From IMG/VR virus record IMGVR_UViG_3300047483_000184, positions 1-55,015 of that record: DNA of 55,015 nt; one strand, written 5' to 3'. Made by a program: the position numbers and the translations under genes. How positions within the stretch are numbered: position 1 is the first letter of the stretch; the number at the start of each line of letters is the position of its first letter. The notes beneath the pieces are model-generated. The model saw only the letters and a program-made list of their open reading frames with translations, was not told the DNA's origin and searched no databases. The stretch is from a virus. Lineage: Duplodnaviria; Caudoviricetes. Positions 1-9,255 of this stretch are shown here, piece by piece.

Positions 1-830
1 GGTTTCATACCAATTCTTTGCAATGAATTGTTAAATCTGTTTTGAATAAACTGTTGAATTGTGTTTTTTGATAGGAAACTTAATTCACCTTTCTCAAAGA
101 TCCAGTCTAAAATTTTACATTCGGCAATATAAGCTTTCTTACATGCGGAATCAATCAATTGTTCAAACTCTTCGTCGAACCACTCTGGATTTTCTTCTTT
201 GATAATATTAATAAGTTCTGAACCAAAATTACCATGAATTTCTTCTTCTTTTGAAGTAGCTTCAACTACATTTGAGATACCTTTAAATAGGTTTTTCTCT
301 TTATTGAAACTCATCATGATTAAGAATTGACTAAATAAACTCACATGTTCAATGAATAAAGAGAACAAAAGTACTGACTTTGTGTACATTTTATTGTCTT
401 TACTTCTTGTACCGTCTAGATATTTACTTAAATATGCAATTCTATCTTTAATTGCTGGAATTTCTACAACGCTTTGGAATTCTTCTTCAAGTCCTAAAAC
501 TCTTAATAATTGAGCGTATGCATCTTTATGTCTTACTTCTGATTCTGCAAATGTCATACCAACATCTCCAATTTCAGTAATTGGCATTCTCTTATAAAGA
601 TCTGCCCAAAATGTTTTAACGTTAACTTCAATTTGCGCAATAGCTAACATAGAACGTTTGATAACTTCTCTTTCGTTTTCGTCAATTTTAGTTTTAAAAT
701 CATCAATATCAGTTGTGAAGTTAAATTCAGTATGGATCCAATATGAGTGTCTAATTGCATCCTTATACGCTAGTAATGAAGGGTATTCGTATGGTAAAAT
801 ATTTACTCTTTTTTGAAAAATATTGCTCAT
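1..830 (-). CDS. nrdB: Ribonucleotide reductase class I beta subunit (3'-truncated by the window edge)
   Basis: Not in the ORF track; translated by hand from ATG at 830: MSNIFQKRVNILPYEYP...HSYWIHTEF...AESEVRHKDAY...FIEHVSLFSQF...SKEEEIHGNFG. Two ExxH diiron motifs; frame open to the window start. Confidence 0.93.
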   Translation of the reverse strand, partial: MSNIFQKRVNILPYEYPSLLAYKDAIRHSYWIHTEFNFTTDIDDFKTKIDENEREVIKRSMLAIAQIEVNVKTFWADLYKRMPITEIGDVGMTFAESEVRHKDAYAQLLRVLGLEEEFQSVVEIPAIKDRIAYLSKYLDGTRSKDNKMYTKSVLLFSLFIEHVSLFSQFLIMMSFNKEKNLFKGISNVVEATSKEEEIHGNFGSELINIIKEENPEWFDEEFEQLIDSACKKAYIAECKILDWIFEKGELSFLSKNTIQQFIQNRFNNSLQRIGMK

Positions 831-886
831 GTTCTGTAATTTTTTTTTAGTGTTAGTTATATATTATTGTTAAAAATTATATGAGC

Positions 887-2305
887 TTATTGACCTGCTT
901 TTTCAAGTGCTTTTATTTTCTTTTTTAACTCTTCTGCTTTGTGGAAATACTCATAAGACATACCCTTGTATTCCTTTCTTTGCGAATAAAGATCTGATAA
1001 TATTTTTTTAAGAATAGAATCTTCGTTCTTGTACACTACACCGTTTTCACAAACAATAACATTTTTATCTTTGCGTCGTTCTTCTATTTTAGAAGATGGT
1101 ACTTTTTCAATGAATGCATCTGGTGAAACATTAAACTGTCTCATGATCGATGGATATAGTGAAGCGTAGTCAAATGCACTTACTCCTTCATAGAAACCAA
1201 CAATAGGTTCTTTAACGAAAGCTCCAGCAAATTGACCTTCTTTTTTATTATCTTCTCTGGCTTCAGTTCCGATACGTTTACCTTCAGAAGCAATCTTTCT
1301 GGCAATTAATGCTTCGGTTACAGCTACTGGTGAAGCTGCTTTATATAAAGGCATTTTTGTAATAGACGCCAAAGTAATAAGTACATCCATTGATTTTAGT
1401 TTTTTATCAATATAATAAACTAAGATGGAGTCAATTACGTTATAATAGATGTATTTGGTAAAGTTGTCTCTGTATAAATCTTGTAAAGATCCTGTGAATT
1501 TAATCTTATTTGTACCTAATACTTGACTAGAAACATAATCCAAAGAGTTTGATTCTTTAACCTTAACCGATCTATCATACTTGTCATATAATTGCATGTA
1601 ATCCAGAATTCCCATGTGTAATGGTCTACTGTCTTCTGGATCTAATGAGCCTGTTCTGGACGAACCAACTATATCGATCTGTAAATGCTTACATCGATTT
1701 ACAATGTACTGCCAGTCATAGTTGATGAAGTTCCAGCCTGTCATCATAGGAAACTTAGGCATGAATTTATAAACAAAAGTATAAACCATGTCATACTCTG
1801 TTTTAAATTTAATATATTGAAAGGTCCACTCATCACCGAATTTTTTCATGTATTCGTTAGTGTCATCTTCAATCTTTTTAATTTTGTCTGACTCTAAGTC
1901 TTCTAAACCTAATACAATTACCTTTTTGTCAGGCGTAACAATTGAAAATGCTAGAATTCTTGATTTAGCTTCTTCAGCTTTTGGGAAACCATCGACGATT
2001 TCAGTTTCAATATCGACAAAATATGTTCTAGGTGAATTGTATTCATAAATGATTTCTTTATCCTTTTCAGGTAAACCATCCATGAAATACACTAATGAAA
2101 ATTTATTAAATTGTCTAGCTTGTGAAAGCTTCACTGAACGTCCATCCCAGTTTTTAAAATCTCTACTGGCACCAGCCTCTTTAGGATCGCAAACATACCA
2201 ATTTTTAAATTGAGTAATTGGATAACGTTTAAAATCTACAGATCCTTCTTTATTGAAATATGATACAATAATTTCTTTCTCTCTTTGTTCAATGTCTAAT
2301 AGCAT
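887..2305 (-). CDS. Family B DNA polymerase, N-terminal part (3'-5' exonuclease plus motif A) of a split polymerase
   Basis: ExoI DIET, ExoII GWNFINYD, ExoIII YNVID, linker FAGAFVKEP and motif A DYASLYPS. The protein ends shortly after RKEYK with no KxxxNSxYG or YGDTDS. Likely start is ATG at 2305 (MLLDIEQ), just after the upstream stop. Confidence 0.9.
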   Translation of the reverse strand: MLLDIEQREKEIIVSYFNKEGSVDFKRYPITQFKNWYVCDPKEAGASRDFKNWDGRSVKLSQARQFNKFSLVYFMDGLPEKDKEIIYEYNSPRTYFVDIETEIVDGFPKAEEAKSRILAFSIVTPDKKVIVLGLEDLESDKIKKIEDDTNEYMKKFGDEWTFQYIKFKTEYDMVYTFVYKFMPKFPMMTGWNFINYDWQYIVNRCKHLQIDIVGSSRTGSLDPEDSRPLHMGILDYMQLYDKYDRSVKVKESNSLDYVSSQVLGTNKIKFTGSLQDLYRDNFTKYIYYNVIDSILVYYIDKKLKSMDVLITLASITKMPLYKAASPVAVTEALIARKIASEGKRIGTEAREDNKKEGQFAGAFVKEPIVGFYEGVSAFDYASLYPSIMRQFNVSPDAFIEKVPSSKIEERRKDKNVIVCENGVVYKNEDSILKKILSDLYSQRKEYKGMSYEYFHKAEELKKKIKALEKAGQ

Positions 2306-2306
2306 A

Positions 2307-2774
2307 TTAATATCCGCGTTGTTGGCGTGCTTTGTTTTCAGCTGCCTTTGTGAAGTAATAGTTATATGCTGTTTTTGCATCTAAGCCAATAGAAGCTGCG
2401 TAATTGATAAAGAAATGCAGAATGTCAATCCATTCCATGTACAATTCTTTTTTATCGCCTTCAGAAAGATCTGAAACTTTTAAAGTGTCATATTTGGTAA
2501 AGTCTTTTTTCCAGTATTTCCAAACTGCGTTACCGCTGCCATCTTTAATACCACCTAAAGCATCTGTCATTTCGTGAATTTCATCAATTACAGCATGCGT
2601 ATTTACATGCCAAAAATTCATTACTTCGCGAATTGTCATGTCTTCGAATTTGATACCGTAAGTATTTTCTTGCATCTCTTTTTGATGCTCCATTATATCT
2701 GCTAAATGGGTTGTAGATTCATCATAAAAGTCATTAACTTCTAAATCTTTGCATTCGTTGTCTATATTTGCCAT
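2307..2774 (-). CDS. All-alpha NTP pyrophosphatase, T4 gp56-like dCTPase/dUTPase
   Basis: Acidic helix DEIHEM, WKYWK and ELYMEWIDILHFF, typical of the dimeric dUTPase/gp56 family. Confidence 0.8.
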   Translation of the reverse strand: MANIDNECKDLEVNDFYDESTTHLADIMEHQKEMQENTYGIKFEDMTIREVMNFWHVNTHAVIDEIHEMTDALGGIKDGSGNAVWKYWKKDFTKYDTLKVSDLSEGDKKELYMEWIDILHFFINYAASIGLDAKTAYNYYFTKAAENKARQQRGY

Positions 2775-2790
2775 ATTCTTATTTTTCAGG

Positions 2791-2817
2791 TTATATCTAA
2801 AAAGGCTTAATTGTTTC
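2791..2817 (-). promoter_or_regulatory. Bipartite promoter candidate GAAAC-N16-ATATAA
   Basis: Minus strand gaaac-aattaagcctttttag-atataa upstream of the dCTPase/polymerase genes; same spacing as upstream of 26199 and 26494. Confidence 0.5.
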
Positions 2818-2823
2818 TATGAA

Positions 2824-3930
2824 TTATTTAAAAAATAAATTAGTTTTTAAATCTGACAATGCAGATGCTATAACTTGATGCATATCATAATACTTGTATT
2901 CTGCTAATCTACCACCAAAAAATACAGAATCCGTGTTAATTGCAGCTTGTTTGTATTTTTTATAGATATACATGTTGTGTTCATCGTTGACGGGATAATA
3001 TGGCTCTACGCCTCTTTTATAATCCACCGGATATTCCCAAGACACTAATGTATTTTTTTGATTTTTAAAATTAAAGTGTTTGTGTTCTATGCTTCTAGTG
3101 AATTGAATATCTGCTTCTGTGTAATTAACTACTGCATTGCCCTGAAAATCTGTATTTTCAAAAAAGCGTGTTTGAAATTCAACTGTTTTATATTCTAAGT
3201 CGCCGTATTTGTAATCAAAATATGCATCGATGGGACCTGTGTAAATTATTTTATTAGCTTTAGAATTCCAATAATCTTTATCTTTTAAATAATCTACTTC
3301 TAATTCTATTGAAATTCCGTCTAACATTTTTTCAAACAGACTTGTATAGCCATCGACTGGAATCCCTTGATATTTGTCATTGAAATAATTATTATCCCAC
3401 GTAAAACGAACTGGCAATCTTTTGATTATCGAAGCTGGTAAAAGCTTAGCTGATTTCTTCCATTGTTTTTCAGTGTAACCTTTGATTAATTTTTCATAAA
3501 TATCTGTTCCAACTAAAGCTAATGCTTGCTCTTCTAAATTTGTGATTTCTCCAGTGTATCTTTGTGATTCTATAATTTCTTTAGCTTCTTGTGGTTTTGT
3601 AACACCCCATAATTTATTGAAGGTCCACATTGAAAATGGTAAAGAATACATTTCACCACCGTATTTAGCAAGTGGTGAATTTCTAAAGTTATTAAACTCA
3701 CCGAATTGTTGAATCCATTGCCAAATTGTTTTATCATTGGTATGAAATATATGAGCACCGTATACATGAACGTCAATATCTTCTTCTCTTCTGGTATACG
3801 CATTTCCACCTATGTGATTTCTTTTTTCAATCACAAGTACTTTCTTGCCTAAACGGCTCAGTTCGTATGCACAAACTGAGCCGTAAAATCCTGAGCCAAC
3901 TATTAAATAATCGTAATCTTTGTTATGCAT
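2824..3930 (-). CDS. glf: UDP-galactopyranose mutase
   Basis: FAD motif IVGSGFYG, plus IGGN, HVYGAHIFHT, YQGIP, YTGPID, EPYYP and GRLAEYKYYDMHQVI. Confidence 0.95.
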   Translation of the reverse strand: MHNKDYDYLIVGSGFYGSVCAYELSRLGKKVLVIEKRNHIGGNAYTRREEDIDVHVYGAHIFHTNDKTIWQWIQQFGEFNNFRNSPLAKYGGEMYSLPFSMWTFNKLWGVTKPQEAKEIIESQRYTGEITNLEEQALALVGTDIYEKLIKGYTEKQWKKSAKLLPASIIKRLPVRFTWDNNYFNDKYQGIPVDGYTSLFEKMLDGISIELEVDYLKDKDYWNSKANKIIYTGPIDAYFDYKYGDLEYKTVEFQTRFFENTDFQGNAVVNYTEADIQFTRSIEHKHFNFKNQKNTLVSWEYPVDYKRGVEPYYPVNDEHNMYIYKKYKQAAINTDSVFFGGRLAEYKYYDMHQVIASALSDLKTNLFFK

Positions 3931-5071
3931 TTTCTAATTTAGCTTCTAAATTTTTAAAATGATTTAGATTATCTATAAGTCTTGGTTTTGCGTGTTCAAA
4001 TTCTGGATCATTGATGATTTCGTTTATTAATTTAACGCCTTCGTCAACTCTATTAGTCCAAAAACAAGCAACTGATAATTCATCATTGATATATTTACCA
4101 TAACACGTTGCGTTTACAAATAGTAGATATTTGCTTTGCGCATATTTTAAAGAAATTTTCTTAGCTCTACTTAGATAATCATAAGCTAAAGTATGATTTC
4201 CAATTTTATTCAGATAAAGACCTAAATAATAATAAGGTTCGGCTCTATCTGGTGAAAGCGTTATAGCCGTATTCATTTCATCTACAATTAAATTAGGATC
4301 TGAATCTGGCAAAGCCATCAAACATCTAGAAATTCTCATTTGTGCTTCAAATCTTTCTTCACTCCAAGTATCTTTTAATCTTGTATAAAGTCTATTCCAT
4401 TGTAAACCTTCTAACATCATATTAGAATCCATATAACTTTGTGCACAATAGAAAGCTGATCTATGATTTAATCCATCTGGGTCAAAGGCTAATGTATCAA
4501 AGAATTGTTTCTTTAATCTTTCAGCATCGTAAAAATACTTCTTAGGATCAAATGCTCTTGAACCAACAGGATCACAAATAACCCAACCTCTGGTTGATAA
4601 ATCTCCAGTGGAATAATTAGGTCTGTCAATACACTTAATAATCGTATGAGCAGTTCCACAGAATTTCCAACGCAATCTATTATTATAAACAACAGTAGCT
4701 TTATATGTTGCACTACCACGTTTCATTGTCATATAATAACAATCTTCGCCAGCATCTTCATTAGTAAAACTAAAATCACCTGCTAAAATATCATCAGCGT
4801 CTAAATGTAATACGTAATCTGTTTTATCTTTAACGTATTCCATCATTAAATTCTTGTTCTTGTCAAATCCAAACCATTCATCATTATGAATTTCTCCTGG
4901 AATACCAGTACGATCCATAAATTCTCGAACGATTTCTAAAGTTCTATCAGTAGAACCATTATCGGCAACTACAAGATAATCAATATAAGGCGCAACTGCG
5001 TCAAGTACTTGTCCGATGACATGTTCTTCATTTTTACACATAGTTGCAAATGCAAGTGTTGGTCTGTTCAT
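3923..5071 (-). CDS. Family 2 glycosyltransferase with C-terminal TPR repeats
   Basis: N-terminal GT-A motifs (MCKNEE, ADNGSTDRT, LDADD as DxD); helical TPR-like C-terminus (PDRAEPYYYLG). Overlaps glf by 8 nt. Confidence 0.88.
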   Translation of the reverse strand: MNRPTLAFATMCKNEEHVIGQVLDAVAPYIDYLVVADNGSTDRTLEIVREFMDRTGIPGEIHNDEWFGFDKNKNLMMEYVKDKTDYVLHLDADDILAGDFSFTNEDAGEDCYYMTMKRGSATYKATVVYNNRLRWKFCGTAHTIIKCIDRPNYSTGDLSTRGWVICDPVGSRAFDPKKYFYDAERLKKQFFDTLAFDPDGLNHRSAFYCAQSYMDSNMMLEGLQWNRLYTRLKDTWSEERFEAQMRISRCLMALPDSDPNLIVDEMNTAITLSPDRAEPYYYLGLYLNKIGNHTLAYDYLSRAKKISLKYAQSKYLLFVNATCYGKYINDELSVACFWTNRVDEGVKLINEIINDPEFEHAKPRLIDNLNHFKNLEAKLENA

Positions 5072-5078
5072 AATTTTA

Positions 5079-5972
5079 TTATTTTACGTCTATGATTTCG
5101 CCCCATTCTCTTTGGGCATTGATTGATTGTTTAGTGTCTTCATTTTCTGGCTTAGGATTTCCACCGACATTCCAAAACCAAGAACCTGGACTTCCATTCT
5201 TAAGCATTAATTCCCAAGCTTTTGCATCATAATTTAATGCACTTGGAAATGGTGGTTCAAATTCAGTTGCAACATTTTGACTAAATTCTTTTGGATGTGA
5301 CCATATTGTTGCTCGACCTCTTTCGCCCGCTTTAATATTTCTAGCTACTGCAACACCATTAAACTCTGCGTTTGGCCATGCGATTTGTAAAGCTCTTCCT
5401 AAAACTCCAGTTGAAATAGCGTGCCAAACTTCTTTAGGTTCTCCGTGAGTTTGAGCTAAGTCATAAGCTACTTTAACTGCAGCTGCTGTAACTAATTCGT
5501 GTCTTAAACCAAGCGGTATAAAAAAGCCATTGTTTTCTTTGGCCCAATCAGCTGCAATTTTATTAAGATTTGGCATAGCAGCGATTCTACGAAATTTCAT
5601 ATCTGCACCTCTTTCAATACAAATTGCTTGGTGATCTGAAATTTCTTTTTGACTTGGACTAAAAAGAACTAATTTTTTGTTGTATTTCTCAGCTAAATAT
5701 GCCAATGAAATTCCAGCAAAACCATATCTTGGTTGTACATAAACTAAAGTATCTGATTGACATGTTGAAACTAAAATATCACCGAAGCGACACTTAGAAC
5801 CAAAGCCCATTAAATCTTCTCTAACTACATTAAAGCCATCGTGTTCTTTTACTATAGGAGCTGGAAATGGATCTTGCCAATCTCCTGCTAATTCTAGCCA
5901 AGCATCTCTGTTTGGGTAAGCTAAATTTAAGTCTTGATTAAAATTGCTTGTTGTATGATTATTATGTGACAT
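5079..5972 (-). CDS. PLP-dependent enzyme (fold type II-like), probable DNA-modification tailoring enzyme
   Basis: VVREDL..FGSKCR (candidate PLP lysine), FFIPLG, AISTG, YDAKAW and FWNVG. Next to amino-acid:DNA transferase-like genes. Confidence 0.7.
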   Translation of the reverse strand: MSHNNHTTSNFNQDLNLAYPNRDAWLELAGDWQDPFPAPIVKEHDGFNVVREDLMGFGSKCRFGDILVSTCQSDTLVYVQPRYGFAGISLAYLAEKYNKKLVLFSPSQKEISDHQAICIERGADMKFRRIAAMPNLNKIAADWAKENNGFFIPLGLRHELVTAAAVKVAYDLAQTHGEPKEVWHAISTGVLGRALQIAWPNAEFNGVAVARNIKAGERGRATIWSHPKEFSQNVATEFEPPFPSALNYDAKAWELMLKNGSPGSWFWNVGGNPKPENEDTKQSINAQREWGEIIDVK

Positions 5973-6572
5973 TTAATCTTTTTTAAGTTTACAATTATCG
6001 AAATGCCATCTTTTGACATTTGCAGGTTTACCTATAAATTCACAATGAGGACATTGTATATTTTTTCTTTTTTTAAAGCTTTCTTTCATATTCGCAATAT
6101 GCGCTTCACTCTTTGGTCCTTTTTTATTAGATGAATCTTTATTAGGCTTTCTAAGTTTATTCAAATGTTCTTGCGTAAAAATTCTATCTTTCAGTGCTTC
6201 AGATTGTTTTCTTTTGGTTTCATCACTATGTTTTTTACCTTTCATTCCACTTGAACCGCCCAAATGATGTTGTCTAATTTTTTCTCTAACTTCATTTGTA
6301 AATATTATTTCTGAGCCTCTTGCATTATTATAGAATTCATCTGATTTTAAATCTATTTCTTTTAATATTCTTTGTTCTATAACTAAACAAGCTTCTGTAG
6401 TTCCTTCAGCTAATATTCTTCTTTGCCATTTCATATTTGGATTTTTAAAATCTTCCCAAAATATAGAACTAGAAGATGAACAAATATATCCATCGTCTTT
6501 TGAACCTTTATGATAACCAATATATTTTTTATTATTAGTTAAATTTATCCACTCGTATACAAATGCTTCCAT
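5973..6572 (-). CDS. Free-standing GIY-YIG homing endonuclease with NUMOD3 repeat(s)
   Basis: FVY..N..N.KKYIG.H, FYN, GMKGKKHSDETKRKQSEA (NUMOD3) and a C-terminal CPHC...WHFDNCK. Has its own GATATATAG motif at about 6596-6604. Confidence 0.85.
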   Translation of the reverse strand: MEAFVYEWINLTNNKKYIGYHKGSKDDGYICSSSSSIFWEDFKNPNMKWQRRILAEGTTEACLVIEQRILKEIDLKSDEFYNNARGSEIIFTNEVREKIRQHHLGGSSGMKGKKHSDETKRKQSEALKDRIFTQEHLNKLRKPNKDSSNKKGPKSEAHIANMKESFKKRKNIQCPHCEFIGKPANVKRWHFDNCKLKKD

Positions 6573-6633
6573 TGTAATTATTAAACTTGTTTATTCTATA
6601 TATCTATAATTTATGTAGAAAAAACATGTTTTA

Positions 6634-7761
6634 TTAAATGATTATATCTGGATAACTGGGTCTCCAAAGATGTTGTGTTGTTGTTGCATTAAGAATAACA
6701 TTTCCATCCGGGTGTTTAGCTAGATTAAAATCAGCGGGAAATATCCACGTATAAGGTATTCTCTTTGTTGGTGATTTAACGCCATGTGAAATTGCAATAT
6801 GTTTATACATGAAGCATGCTTTATCTTCTATATTTAACCATTTTTGACTAGTCATTGGATTCTTAGGATGATTAACTAAAGTTTCCATTTGTTCTAGCCA
6901 CAGCTCAGCATATTTATTCTCGGCAATAAACTCACCATTTTTACCAATTGTGTATTTGACTTTACCATTAACATTGGGTCCACTAAAAATCTGTTGCATA
7001 CCATCAAAGTGTCCAGTTCCACCATATAAAGGTGTTTCTGGGTCTATTAGGTGCGGATAAGCCATGGCTAAATATCTAGCTGCATTTTTACATGGATATA
7101 AAGGACTTCTAAAATTTTGGTCTTCTTTAAAATACTTTTCCATGATTTTAGCAAATTCCATCATTGTATATGGTCTGTCTAAATTCTCTAGAACATGTGA
7201 CATTTTTTCTGCTGCTCTTTTTGGACCCCATAGAAGCCACTCTTTAACGTCAGTGCCCTTTGGATAGTATATCTGAAACAAATCATTACGTGCGTGTCTA
7301 TTGTCTTTAAAATGCTTTTTGAGAGCTTCTTCACCTTCATTAATCAACATAGTTAAAGTTCCCCAGTGTTCGTTAGTAAATGAAAATACTAAAGTATACC
7401 AAAGTCTTTTCATTGGATCTGTAACATCTTTCATTAAATCACAAAATGGGTGTTCATGCCAGTGTAATCTGTGTGAAAATATCTGATAGTCTTCCGCTAA
7501 TAATTTGTCTTGTCTTTTGTCAAAGGCTTCACAAAACTCAAAGAATTTATCAAAACGTTCTTCTTGAGTCCAATCTTTCATCCAAGATTCGATAGGCTTG
7601 CCATTTTTCATTTTAACATCAGCCGTATTTGGATATTCAATATTTGTATAATGAACGCCTTCATCTTCAAACAATGATTCTGCTTGTTGATATTTCTTTT
7701 TAGACTTCGGCAATTCACATGCATCTGGTCTTATAAAATCTTCTGCTAATAGAGTATTCAT
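6634..7761 (-). CDS. Amino acid:DNA transferase-like protein (aGPT-Pplase / HhH-glycosylase fold), paralog 2
   Basis: C-terminal NIEDKACFMYKH resembles the family's E..xC...K/R motif; YGGTG glycine loop; shares layout with 7761..8984. Confidence 0.55.
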   Translation of the reverse strand: MNTLLAEDFIRPDACELPKSKKKYQQAESLFEDEGVHYTNIEYPNTADVKMKNGKPIESWMKDWTQEERFDKFFEFCEAFDKRQDKLLAEDYQIFSHRLHWHEHPFCDLMKDVTDPMKRLWYTLVFSFTNEHWGTLTMLINEGEEALKKHFKDNRHARNDLFQIYYPKGTDVKEWLLWGPKRAAEKMSHVLENLDRPYTMMEFAKIMEKYFKEDQNFRSPLYPCKNAARYLAMAYPHLIDPETPLYGGTGHFDGMQQIFSGPNVNGKVKYTIGKNGEFIAENKYAELWLEQMETLVNHPKNPMTSQKWLNIEDKACFMYKHIAISHGVKSPTKRIPYTWIFPADFNLAKHPDGNVILNATTTQHLWRPSYPDIII

Positions 7762-8984
7762 TATTTGTATATGTTTTTAACCATTTCTTTATATTGATCC
7801 ACTGTTAAACCAGCTTCTACTAAAATTTTATCATCTGATGGGTGACTAGTCATTCCATTAAAGGTTTTAACTATACCTAAATCTAACATGGCTTTTTGTC
7901 TACCAAATGGATGATCTTTAATTGTACTACTGTTCCAAACAGCGTCCATGTCTACATGGTTGTAATCTTTTCCTGGCCTTAAGTAGTTTTCGATCCATCT
8001 AATATAATCACAGGCCACATCTTCTGCGTTATATGGTAGCGATCCAGTATCTGCGTAGATCTTAGTCATAACTGCATCTAAGAATTCTTCTCCTTTTTTA
8101 TTGCCTTTGCCACCTTCAGGATCTGCTAAATAGCCGATACATTCTACTGCGTTAGTTCCATAGTAAAACATAGATTCTCTAACAACATATTCTGGGTACC
8201 AGTCAGCGATGTCTGCAATAACCGCAGCGTATTGAAAGCGGTATGCTCTTAACCCATTGTCATAGTTCCATTTGAAAAGCCATTCGCCTAATTCTCTAAG
8301 TTGTTTCTTTTCACCGGTTCTTAAATAAGTTGCCAATTCTCTGGCTAATCTCGGTGCAAATTCACATAAGTAATAATCTCCGCCTCTTTTATAAGTATAA
8401 GTAGTTTCATTAGAAAAGCCTGTCATGCCTACGAATAAATCATCTGCATTAGTTTGATTTTCCGGTGGTTTTGGAAAAGCTGGAAATTGATAACCAACTG
8501 AGGTATAAAATGGATATTGATGCGATTTAATAACTTCACACATATCTTCTATCGTATCGCATTCGTGTAAATGAAATAAAATAGTGTTATGATAACCAGA
8601 AGGTTTAGTTGCATAATTAATACCTGAACCTGTAACTCTATGCAAGATAAAAAGATAAAGCCATTCTTCAAGACCAAAAACTTGTTGTTTTCCTGTCCAG
8701 TTTTTAGCTACTTCTACTCTTTGCGAAGTGTGAATTCCGGCATTCATTTTATCCCAATATGGATGTTCTGGAGTCCAACCGTAAAAAATATCGTTTACGA
8801 TTTGAGAAAACCCAGCATATTTTCTTTCTACAACATCATATAATTCTATGTGTTCCATTAAAGAATCGCCCATATTACTTTCCATATAACCAACAGTTCC
8901 TAAATTACAAAGATCTTGCTGTTTTTTGGCAAGATCAAAGTATCTTATAAACTCATCGTAGTATTTGGTAGTTTGAATTTTCAT
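7761..8984 (-). CDS. Amino acid:DNA transferase-like protein (aGPT-Pplase / HhH-glycosylase fold), paralog 1
   Basis: YDVVERKY (cf. FxNxxRxxD), FQYAAVIADI..YP, YYGTNA and NAEDVACDYIRW match the pattern of thymidine hypermodification transferases as I recall it. Confidence 0.62.
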   Translation of the reverse strand: MKIQTTKYYDEFIRYFDLAKKQQDLCNLGTVGYMESNMGDSLMEHIELYDVVERKYAGFSQIVNDIFYGWTPEHPYWDKMNAGIHTSQRVEVAKNWTGKQQVFGLEEWLYLFILHRVTGSGINYATKPSGYHNTILFHLHECDTIEDMCEVIKSHQYPFYTSVGYQFPAFPKPPENQTNADDLFVGMTGFSNETTYTYKRGGDYYLCEFAPRLARELATYLRTGEKKQLRELGEWLFKWNYDNGLRAYRFQYAAVIADIADWYPEYVVRESMFYYGTNAVECIGYLADPEGGKGNKKGEEFLDAVMTKIYADTGSLPYNAEDVACDYIRWIENYLRPGKDYNHVDMDAVWNSSTIKDHPFGRQKAMLDLGIVKTFNGMTSHPSDDKILVEAGLTVDQYKEMVKNIYK

Positions 8985-9238
8985 TATGAACTATGATTTT
9001 CAAAAATGTCGTAATAATCACCTTCAGCTTTTACACCAACAAGACGTTCTAATTCTGTGTTTGATTCATCTACTAAAATAACAGTAGGCACACTTCTAAT
9101 TCCAAATTGAGCTGACAACTCTTCGTTCTCATCTACATTGATTTTTTCAACTTCGTATTTTTGGGCCACTTTTTCCATAATTGGTCCTAACATTCTACAA
9201 GGTCCACACCAAGGTGCAGAAAAATATAAGTATTTCAT
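8984..9238 (-). CDS. trxA: Thioredoxin
   Basis: FSAPWCGPC active site and GIRSVPT. Likely start ATG at 9238 (MKYLYF), giving 84 aa. Confidence 0.92.
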   Translation of the reverse strand: MKYLYFSAPWCGPCRMLGPIMEKVAQKYEVEKINVDENEELSAQFGIRSVPTVILVDESNTELERLVGVKAEGDYYDIFENHSS

Positions 9239-9255
9239 AAATATTGGTTTTAGTC

